A stretch of DNA of 40,174 nucleotides from Minisyncoccota bacterium. GTDB lineage: Bacteria > Patescibacteriota > Minisyncoccia > Phycocordibacterales > WO2-35-19. Location: positions 1 through 40,174 of the forward strand of contig DATDVC010000044.1 of NCBI GenBank assembly GCA_036517695.1, in the 5' to 3' direction. Of the stretch, positions 33,315-40,174 are shown piece after piece (within the stretch, counting starts at the first letter, position 1; each line of letters starts with the position of its first letter). The translations under genes were made by a program, and so were the position numbers. The notes beneath the pieces were generated by a model. That model did not search any database. It was not told the origin of the DNA and worked only from the letters and a program-made list of their open reading frames with translations.

Positions 33315-35195
33315 CTATTCCCCACTTTGAAGCCAATTGTTTGAAAGAAATGCGAAGTCGAGAGAGTTTACACTGCTATCTCTGTTTAGGTCTGCGAGAG
33401 CGTCAGAGGTAGACCACTTTCCGTTCATGTAGGAAAAGTCCAGCGAATTGATCAACTGATCGTCATTAAAGTCTCCTGCTGGTAACGTTGGAAAACTGAC
33501 ATCAAGAACGGTAGTATTTCTCAAATCAACACCGGACTGAATCTTTGAAAGATAACCGGAAACCACAGCTCTCATTGCCACCGTAGGCAACAAGCCGGCC
33601 GGCACATCTACGGTATGGCGACCGAGAGTGTCTGTGGTGATGCTCGCTTGATATAACTTATTGCCAAGATTTGATGGGTCAAGAAACTCTACCGTTCCTG
33701 ACACATCTCTACCACTCGACGGCGCGCCTTCCGGCACCAAAACAATTCTTCGCTGAACCGAAAGAGAGAATATCGGGGTTGTAGCTGAAACAGCGGAGCT
33801 TTGAGAAGAAACATTACCCGCGTTGTCTACGGCTGACACCCTGTAACTGTAAGCGGTATTTGCCGAAAGAGCTGTATCCAAATAAGCAGTCGAAGCGGTA
33901 GTGCCGACTTGGACGCCATCACGAAATACTCTGTAACTTGCGACACCGGAGACGGCCTGACCGCTACCCGCCGGATCAGTCGAATCATTCCAAGAAACTT
34001 GAATTTGGCTCTCGCTTGTTGGGGTCGCTGAAAGTCCCGATGGAACAGAGGGGGCGGTAGTGTCAGGAAGACTATTGGTTGTAAAAGTGCTGTCGGAAGA
34101 CATGGCCAAGTTGCCCGCCGAATCGCGAGACTTGACTCTAAAGTGATAGGTTGCGGCAGGAGAAAGACCAGAAACCGTAGCAGAATGACTTGTTAAAAGA
34201 GAAGGATTGCGAGTAGTTTGTGATCCATAAGAAGTAGTAGCGCCGTATTCCACTTGAGTATCGGACGCTTCGTTGGTGTTCCAAGAGACAGTAGCACCTG
34301 AAGTGGTAACCCCGGAAACTGCTACAGAAGAAATGGTTGGCGGGGTGGTGTCAGGAGGCGCTTGAGTAGTAAAAGTGTTATCTCCTGATGTGGAGAGATT
34401 ACCCGCCGCATCGCGAGACTTGACTCTGTAGTGATAAAGAGTGGAAGCTGAAAGACCAGACAGAGTCGCCGAGTGCGAAGTAACAAGAGAAGAGTTGAGA
34501 GCAGTCTGGCTTCCGTAAGAAGTAGTAGCGCCGTATTCCACTTGGGTATCGGACGCTTCGTTGGTATTCCAAGAAACAGTCGCACCAGAAGTGGTCACAC
34601 CGGAAGATGAGATAGAAGAGATGGTTGGCGGAGTGGTATCAAGAGCTACCCCAGTATAAGAGCCACTTCCTACAGAAGCTAGCAAATCCCCTCCGAGACC
34701 GGCCACATTTGAATCAGTGCCACTTCCCAAGCTAAAATCAAAAGTAGCGCTTGAAGATCCGGCAGATATTGCTCTGAAAGTAACAGTGGCTACCGTTCCG
34801 GAACCGCTGTAAGTGGAGCCAGGGGTTGCAATTTGAGAAAATTGGATGGTGCCAGCCGTATTGTCTATGTTGTTGATTATTGTAAGAGCCATGAGACTGC
34901 CTGGAGAAATTTGCACGCCAGAGGTTCCCGCGTCAGCGTCTACGACCTGCAAAACGGCCGGATTGAAACGGAGCTTGTTCACATCAACTCCGTAAGCGGA
35001 TTGGCCTCCGGTATTTAAGAGAATATTAACTGTAAAAGTATTATTTACGTTTACCGAAGTCGACGATGGAGAAAGCGAGAGCACGGCCGATGGAGTGACT
35101 TGAGCCACTTGGGCACTCGGCAAACCAGAGACCGAAGTCTGAAGCGCTATTAAAATTGCGGTTAAAGACGAAACTATTTGTTGTAATGTTTGCAT
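33315..35195 (-). CDS. cohesin - 3x fibronectin type III - dockerin surface protein
   Basis: 626 aa. An N-terminal cohesin-like module paralogous to the one in 32251..33270. Two ~90%-identical FN3 repeats plus a third FN3, then an Ig/CarboxypepD_reg-like module. C-terminal dockerin duplicated F-hand: GDFNDDQLINSLDFSYM...ADLNRDSSVNSLDFAFL. Confidence 0.75.
   Translation of the reverse strand: MQTLQQIVSSLTAILIALQTSVSGLPSAQVAQVTPSAVLSLSPSSTSVNVNNTFTVNILLNTGGQSAYGVDVNKLRFNPAVLQVVDADAGTSGVQISPGSLMALTIINNIDNTAGTIQFSQIATPGSTYSGSGTVATVTFRAISAGSSSATFDFSLGSGTDSNVAGLGGDLLASVGSGSYTGVALDTTPPTISSISSSGVTTSGATVSWNTNEASDTQVEYGATTSYGSQTALNSSLVTSHSATLSGLSASTLYHYRVKSRDAAGNLSTSGDNTFTTQAPPDTTPPTISSVAVSGVTTSGATVSWNTNEASDTQVEYGATTSYGSQTTRNPSLLTSHSATVSGLSPAATYHFRVKSRDSAGNLAMSSDSTFTTNSLPDTTAPSVPSGLSATPTSESQIQVSWNDSTDPAGSGQAVSGVASYRVFRDGVQVGTTASTAYLDTALSANTAYSYRVSAVDNAGNVSSQSSAVSATTPIFSLSVQRRIVLVPEGAPSSGRDVSGTVEFLDPSNLGNKLYQASITTDTLGRHTVDVPAGLLPTVAMRAVVSGYLSKIQSGVDLRNTTVLDVSFPTLPAGDFNDDQLINSLDFSYMNGKWSTSDALADLNRDSSVNSLDFAFLSNNWLQSGE
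34065..34640 (-). repeat. tandem duplication of a 288-bp FN3-coding unit
   Basis: Residues 186-281 and 282-377 (DTTPPTISS...VSWNTNEASDTQVEYGATTSYGSQT...) are near-identical. The DNA is roughly 90% identical over the aligned stretches. Confidence 0.85.
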
Positions 35196-35271
35196 ATAGA
35201 CTATTATACCCTCTCAACAGAGGAGTAAATAGACGTGTTGTGGAAAGCTAAGAAGAAGGTCTGGAAGGGAG

Positions 35272-35946
35272 TTACAAATCCAATAATTTGCGAGTTAAGA
35301 TTGGCACCTCTTTTAGAAAATAATCTTTCACTTCTTGCCAAGTCACAGAAAAATTTATATTTGGCATTGGGTCCTCATCAGCATCAGGAAAATAAGTGAG
35401 ACTTTTAAGAATGTGGTGTAGATTGTGATTAGTTTGAGGATACTGATCATTTATTTTAAGAATAACTTGCTCAAGAGATTCTATATTGCGCACATACCAA
35501 TACAAATCTACAAAGTCGCGCTTCTTGCCTCTCTGACTCAACGCAATAATTTTCATAACGGCAACATCTTTTGTTTGCAAAACTTTGACTGAACCATATG
35601 GTAAAAATTTTTCTTTAGGAAGAAAAAAGGGGTACCCTATAAAACTCACTTTTGCTCCCAGTAACTTGCCATACACAGTTGCCTCTCTGGTAAAATCAAG
35701 CTCCCATTCAACATCTTTAAAATGAGTAATTAGGATATCGGTAGAAAAATCAAGTGTGGGTATGAAAAAATCCAAATCAACACTGCTTCTATGGCCAACT
35801 TGTAAAGCAAGAGCGGTACCACCAGCTAGATACCAATCTGATTCCTCAAGCCATTTTTGAGTAGACAAAAAATCCAAAGCTTTGTGGGTGCTTTTGGGCA
35901 AAATTTCTGTATGCCAGATTATACTGTTTTTAGTAGTTGGTTCCAC
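35272..35946 (-). CDS. nucleotidyltransferase AbiEii/AbiGii-family toxin
   Basis: 224 aa. ...YLAGGTALALQVGHRSSVDLDFF... and ...KRDFVDLYW... are the conserved AbiEii (DUF1814) blocks. Confidence 0.8.
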   Translation of the reverse strand: MEPTTKNSIIWHTEILPKSTHKALDFLSTQKWLEESDWYLAGGTALALQVGHRSSVDLDFFIPTLDFSTDILITHFKDVEWELDFTREATVYGKLLGAKVSFIGYPFFLPKEKFLPYGSVKVLQTKDVAVMKIIALSQRGKKRDFVDLYWYVRNIESLEQVILKINDQYPQTNHNLHHILKSLTYFPDADEDPMPNINFSVTWQEVKDYFLKEVPILTRKLLDL

Positions 35947-36173
35947 AGGTTTTTAGTAAAAGGAAAAATTACCCTAGAAACTTTTATGGTATCCGAGATT
36001 AATTCTTTCGGATAATAGTTCCACATCCACTTAACCTCATTATCATAACCATAATCTAATATCCTCTCGATAATATATTTAGCATGTTTCTCCGGATCAA
36101 TCGTCTTTGGATCCACATCCCAAAAGAGCTCTGGTCTAAATTTAATTAAATCAGTTTTTTCTCCCTTTTTCAT
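35919..36173 (-). CDS. small partner protein of AbiEii (putative non-canonical antitoxin)
   Basis: 84 aa with an LFWDVDPKTID...KYIIERILDYG motif. It overlaps the AbiEii start by 28 nt, which suggests translational coupling. No wHTH of the usual AbiEi size is present. Confidence 0.55.
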   Translation of the reverse strand: MKKGEKTDLIKFRPELFWDVDPKTIDPEKHAKYIIERILDYGYDNEVKWMWNYYPKELISDTIKVSRVIFPFTKNLWNQLLKTV

Positions 36174-36216
36174 GCTCCTATTGTAACATATTTGAGCAAT
36201 TTTTGCTCGCCTAAAC

Positions 36217-36275
36217 CGACCAATTCTGCACCATTATGACATAGCCAAAGACCTGACATTTAAATTAGCGGTGGT
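36217..36275. repeat. copy A of a ~50-bp element found 3' of the fic and hicA genes
   Basis: cgacCAATTCTGCAcCAttATGaCATAGCcAAaga...TTTAA...cGGTgG aligns with 37305-37352. Confidence 0.65.
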
Positions 36276-36301
36276 TTGGACTCGTTGGCCGAGATAGTAA
36301 T

Positions 36302-37228
36302 TTATAAATTCCTCTCAATTATTTCATATCCAGAATTGATGGCATCGCAAACAAAATCTTCCAAGAGAGACAAATCATCCTCTATTTGAGCTTTATTGAG
36401 ATAGGTGTAATACAATCTCTTTTTTTCCTGAAGGATTATGACTGGAGCCAGATTCGCTTTTATAGACATAGCCTGCATTAGAAGCCTGCTCACTCTGCCA
36501 TTACCGTCCCCAAACGGATGTATTTTTTCAAACTGGCTGTGAATGTCGGCAATGTGTTTTATCATATTGCTGTTTTTTTGATTTATTTTTCTGATCAGTT
36601 TTTTCATGAGAGCGCCAATTTTTGCAAAATTTGCAGTCGGCACATAAGTGCCCATAATCCTTACCCCATGATTTCTGTAATTGCCCGCATCAGAGCGAAT
36701 GGAGTTAAGTAAAATTCCGTGGAGCTTCAAAATAAATTTCTCGCTTAGAGGTTTTTTGTCGACTAAATGTCTCATTAAGTATTCTAGTGCCGCTTGATGA
36801 TTTTTGGCTTCTAATTGTTCTACCAAACTTTTATTTGGCAAGGCAGTATTATGAAAAATAACGGCTGCGGTGTCATCTTTTGAAAGAGTGCTACCTTCAA
36901 TGCTGTTGGTATTGTAAGTAAGAGAAAGATAAAATTGGTCCCGAATATCCGGATTATCTATAATCTCTTTCAATATATTTTTGTGTGATTTTCGCTTGGT
37001 AAGAATTATAACTCTTTTGGCCTCCAAAACATTTTCTGGAATTATTTTTTCTCCCGAATATTCTTTGTAAAGCTCGTCAATCTTAAGAAGCGCACTTTTC
37101 CTGGGTGTAGCCTTTTCGTTAATCCAACGATTAAGAGCGACAAAAGTCACTCCCAAGCGAGTTGCGAGCTTTGCCTGATTTAAACCAGAAAGCTTCAGAA
37201 TAAATTGCAATTTTTCTTTTGTGGTCAT
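36302..37228 (-). CDS. Fic-family protein with an N-terminal HTH domain
   Basis: Fic motif HPFGDGNGRVSRLL, putative inhibitory motif TNSIEG ([ST]xxxE[GN]), and N-terminal HTH LSGLNQAKLATRLGVTFVALNRWINE. Confidence 0.88.
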   Translation of the reverse strand: MTTKEKLQFILKLSGLNQAKLATRLGVTFVALNRWINEKATPRKSALLKIDELYKEYSGEKIIPENVLEAKRVIILTKRKSHKNILKEIIDNPDIRDQFYLSLTYNTNSIEGSTLSKDDTAAVIFHNTALPNKSLVEQLEAKNHQAALEYLMRHLVDKKPLSEKFILKLHGILLNSIRSDAGNYRNHGVRIMGTYVPTANFAKIGALMKKLIRKINQKNSNMIKHIADIHSQFEKIHPFGDGNGRVSRLLMQAMSIKANLAPVIILQEKKRLYYTYLNKAQIEDDLSLLEDFVCDAINSGYEIIERNL

Positions 37229-37304
37229 GGATCTTATGATATCAAACTATATATAGTTAGTCAATATTTCATATTCTTATATAGTTTTAATTGGGTTTTT
37301 ACAG

Positions 37305-37352
37305 ACTCCAATTCTGCATCAGAATGGCATAGCTAAGAGAATTTAACGGTAG
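37305..37352. repeat. copy B of the ~50-bp element
   Basis: gactCCAATTCTGCAtCAgaATGgCATAGCtAAgagaaTTTAAcGGTaG, containing the hairpin ccaattctg-cat-cagaatgg. Confidence 0.65.
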
Positions 37353-37366
37353 AATCGCGATTGACG

Positions 37367-37591
37367 TCACAAAAGCTTCCTGAACTCCTCTTCAGAAATT
37401 TTAGCTTGTTTCAAAATTTTCTTGAGAAGACCACGGCCAATGTCTCCAGAATGGATCGGGATTGAAGTCTGCAAGTTTTCTGCCTCATTTACCAAGATCA
37501 AATGGCTTCCAATTTGATTATATTCTTCAAATCCTGCTCGTTTTAGAGCAGAGATAACTTTCCTATAATTTACTTGTGGCAGGCGACTCAT
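37367..37591 (-). CDS. hicA: type II toxin HicA
   Basis: 74 aa. VISALKRAGFEEYNQIGSHLIL...IPIHSGDIGRGLLKKILKQAKISEEEF fits the HicA/YcfA pattern (GSH, H..k.i..g.l..Ilkq.gi). Confidence 0.85.
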   Translation of the reverse strand: MSRLPQVNYRKVISALKRAGFEEYNQIGSHLILVNEAENLQTSIPIHSGDIGRGLLKKILKQAKISEEEFRKLL

Positions 37592-37836
37592 GCCAAAACT
37601 TGTGGAGAAATGATACTTACAGAAAATGGACTTGTTTTAGAATTATCAACTGGTACATCTTCCCCTCTTGTAGCTAGCACGCTCACAAATCCAAATATGG
37701 CATCTTGTGCCATTTTTAAAGCCTCATCAAAAGTTCGTCCTTGTGTCAAACAGCCAGGGAGAGCTGGCACGGATACTACATATATTCCGTCCTCGTCTCT
37801 TTCTATTTGAATATTATAAGTTAATCGCTTTTCCAT
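37588..37836 (-). CDS. hicB: type II antitoxin HicB (UPF0150 fold)
   Basis: 82 aa. YNIQIERDEDGIYVVSVPALPGCLTQGRTFDEALKMAQDAI is the canonical HicB N-domain. There is a 4-nt overlap with hicA. Confidence 0.85.
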   Translation of the reverse strand: MEKRLTYNIQIERDEDGIYVVSVPALPGCLTQGRTFDEALKMAQDAIFGFVSVLATRGEDVPVDNSKTSPFSVSIISPQVLA

Positions 37837-37851
37837 AACATCTACACTATA

Positions 37852-40174
37852 TCACACGCTCCAATTTTGAACCATGATTACATAGTCCAGAGAGTTGACG
37901 AGACCGTCGCGATTGAGATCGTAAGTAGCATTGCTTGTATTCCAAGCGGATGTCATAAGAGAAAGGTCTATGGAGTTGACCAGTCCATCTTGATTGAAGT
38001 CACCTACTATAGGAGCGGAGTAACTTTGTAGATAATCTTCTACAGACCACCCATCTGCTCCGGAATCATAGTTGATATTCCACCAATAGTAGCCGTCAGC
38101 TGATTGTCCGCCGGATATGATTGTTCCGAGAGTAGCGAGGGATTGAGTGCCGAGGAGAGTGCCAGAGGCTGATGGGGTGGAACGGACATTTAGATTTGAT
38201 GTAGTTTGCACCCTATCCCCTGCTTTGAATTTGGTTGATGTAGGAGGAGTTACAGAACCAGTGTATTCGTAAGCACCAATATCGGGCTGGGAGTCGCGCA
38301 AACGATTATCGAGATCCACGGCAATGCCCAAGCCAGTTGCTCCGGCATTAATGGCCATACTACCAGTTTGGAGATGAAAATCCTTATTAACAGTATTTAC
38401 ATACCCCGGTGTATTGGTTTCTAAATTATTGGATGCCGTAACAACCCCCGTACCTGCATGAACAATGTAGCAACCTAAACAAAAGATATTGTTCCTGACT
38501 GTTGCCGTGGTAATTGAATTAGCACCTGACTTCCCAAAACCAAGCACCGCGTTATAAATGGTGTTGTGATAGAAAAATATATTCCGTGTACTACCGAAAC
38601 CGCCACCTCCGACACTGCCACCAATACGAGGTAGCGCAAGTAAATTGTTTGTGATTGTCCAGTTGTTGAATAAGTTGTCTGTAGTTGATTCCACCATAAA
38701 AGTTTCATCCACTTCCAAGCATGTATTGCGTGTGAAAATTAGATTTTTAGCAACGCGCAACTGCCAATCTCCAACCCAGCTTGACCCTAAATTGAAAGTT
38801 TGCCAACAATCGCTATGGGCGCCAGACGCATCGGCCAGACGATTACCATGGTAATAATTACCTTCCCACAAAATAGTATCTCCCCAAAAAACATTGTGAT
38901 CGCCATCGCCCTGACCGCGCATTCGCTCGCTTTCGTTATCAGTCAAAGTCACATTGTTAGCATAAATAAGTACTCCGTCACCAGTGCCAGTAATATAATT
39001 ACGGGAAATAATTATATGGTGTGGTAGGTCTGACGCAGACACCGGATTGCTAGGTTCAATATCTATGCCTATGCTGGGACTGCCTGGAGTAATACTACCA
39101 TCTACTACATTATCCAAAAAATCAATATCGTGACGGGCATTTCCTGAAGTCTTAAGACCTGAACTACCCCCAACCACCTTAAAACACTGGACGGTTACAT
39201 AATCAGCCACCACAATAAAACCTTGCGTTGTTGCCGCTGAATTAGGTCTTACCCCTCGTGAAAGAGGATCGTTAATAGATGTCGTAGGACAACTACTGCC
39301 AGAGTAACCCTGGTAAACAATTTTGTTTCCGACAGACCCACTGCGAGATATAGTCACAGTTTCATTATAAGTGCCAGGATAAACAATAACTGTATCTCCT
39401 GCTACGGTAGCATTAGTGGCGACCTGAATCGTTGCATATTCTTGACCGCTACCAACACAACGAATATTGGTGGCTCCACATGATACTCCTCCTACCACCT
39501 GTGTCGTTGCAGTAGCTGATGTAGATTGCGTGCTATTATTGCCTGCGGCATCATAAGCACTAACTGTATAAGAATATAAAGTTGAGGCAGAAAGTCCGAT
39601 ATCAGAGTAGCTATTTGAAATACTTGTACCAATCTGTACTCCACCTCTGTATATTTTATAACCAATAACTCCAACAATATCAGTTGAGACGGTCCAAGAG
39701 AGATTGATTTGGGAAGAAGAAATTGAGGAGGCAGAAAGATTAGTTGGAACGGAGGGAGGAGTGGTATCTGGTGGAGGTAGAGAGGTCACAGTAACAGTGA
39801 TATTTGAATTTGTTGATCCTTGAGAATTGGTAGCTGTTATGGTGTAAGTGGTAGTGACAGTCGGCGACACACTAATACTAGAACCAGAAACAGATCCGAT
39901 ACTGGAAATAGAAAGTGTGGGAGTTGGATTGCCGGAAACTAACCAAGATAGTGTCGATGAGTTACCTTGGGAAATTGAAGCAGGAGAGGCAATAAAAGAA
40001 GAGATGGATGGAGAGGTAAGAGCTGAAGAAACCCCTGGTATCAGCGAAATCGCCACAATACCACCATCTTCAAAGTTGGTATCAGTTGAAGCTTCAACTA
40101 CGATATTTCCTGAAGGAGAACCAGTTGCCCAAGCGCCATCCGCATTGCCGGCAGTACGAGCAACCTGTGTTAAT
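37852..40174 (-). CDS. large surface protein: Ig-like - FN3 - right-handed beta-helix - SH3b - dockerin (5' end outside the window)
   Basis: The frame stays open upstream of the track start (40056) to the window edge. FN3: PPDTTPPSVPTNLSASS...YKIYRGG...YSYTVSAYDAAGN. Beta-helix repeats: NVTLTDN, NLIFTRN, WTITNN, NIFFYHNTIYN, ...DIGAYEY. SH3b: FKAGDRVQTTSNLNVRSTPS...YYWWNINY. C-terminal dockerin: GDFNQDGLVNSIDLSLM...YDLNRDGLVNSLDYVIM. Confidence 0.8.
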   Translation of the reverse strand, partial: LTQVARTAGNADGAWATGSPSGNIVVEASTDTNFEDGGIVAISLIPGVSSALTSPSISSFIASPASISQGNSSTLSWLVSGNPTPTLSISSIGSVSGSSISVSPTVTTTYTITATNSQGSTNSNITVTVTSLPPPDTTPPSVPTNLSASSISSSQINLSWTVSTDIVGVIGYKIYRGGVQIGTSISNSYSDIGLSASTLYSYTVSAYDAAGNNSTQSTSATATTQVVGGVSCGATNIRCVGSGQEYATIQVATNATVAGDTVIVYPGTYNETVTISRSGSVGNKIVYQGYSGSSCPTTSINDPLSRGVRPNSAATTQGFIVVADYVTVQCFKVVGGSSGLKTSGNARHDIDFLDNVVDGSITPGSPSIGIDIEPSNPVSASDLPHHIIISRNYITGTGDGVLIYANNVTLTDNESERMRGQGDGDHNVFWGDTILWEGNYYHGNRLADASGAHSDCWQTFNLGSSWVGDWQLRVAKNLIFTRNTCLEVDETFMVESTTDNLFNNWTITNNLLALPRIGGSVGGGGFGSTRNIFFYHNTIYNAVLGFGKSGANSITTATVRNNIFCLGCYIVHAGTGVVTASNNLETNTPGYVNTVNKDFHLQTGSMAINAGATGLGIAVDLDNRLRDSQPDIGAYEYTGSVTPPTSTKFKAGDRVQTTSNLNVRSTPSASGTLLGTQSLATLGTIISGGQSADGYYWWNINYDSGADGWSVEDYLQSYSAPIVGDFNQDGLVNSIDLSLMTSAWNTSNATYDLNRDGLVNSLDYVIMVQNWSV

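Noticed and set aside
34065-34640. The tandem ~288-bp repeats could be a CRISPR-like or satellite array.
   Set aside because: There are only two units, they are in frame, and they encode intact FN3 domains within a long ORF. There is no repeat-spacer architecture.
36217-37352. The repeats flanking fic could be integron attC sites.
   Set aside because: There is no integron integrase or attI in the window. Only one copy contains a GTTRRRY-like core, and the imperfect-palindrome R''/L''-L'/R' architecture is not evident.

Overview
This window looks like a streamlined, low-GC, gene-dense bacterial genome. By gene content and architecture it is most likely a Candidate Phyla Radiation / Patescibacteria (Parcubacteria-like) organism; this is inference, since no database search was possible. 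Most of it is housekeeping: aaRS genes (trpS tail, aspS, gltX, cysS), scpAB, a reduced dcw/cell-wall set (a DD-carboxypeptidase, mraY, ftsW, murG, murJ, an M23 peptidase, a lytic-transglycosylase-like gene, an ftsB-like gene), rpmA, rplI, lepA, corA, ctp, an MsbA-like exporter and a MacAB/HlyD-type efflux operon, plus one tRNA-Gly(CCC). No rRNA, CRISPR array, transposase or integrase was recognised. There are three accessory patches. (1) An XRE regulator and a GxxExxY (PD-(D/E)XK-like) gene sit between mraY and ftsW, bounded by three copies of a ~40-bp repeat. (2) A tRNA-Gly-proximal patch holds a PaaX-like gene bracketed by a duplicated 38-bp hairpin, two orphan genes, and a promoter-to-terminator unit that looks like a ~100-nt structured sRNA. 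(3) The 3' third encodes what reads as a hierarchical cohesin-dockerin surface system: a PG-binding cohesin protein, a cohesin-FN3x3-dockerin adaptor, and a beta-helix/SH3b/dockerin protein. It is interrupted by an island of AbiEii, Fic and HicAB modules. Other oddities are a GC-rich palindromic element inserted in frame in gltX with a sibling copy after aspS, a 7-bp microsatellite in gltX, an AspRS lacking the GAD insertion domain, a palindrome-plus-promoter with a long structured leader before a cell-wall hydrolase gene, and widespread apparently leaderless starts.
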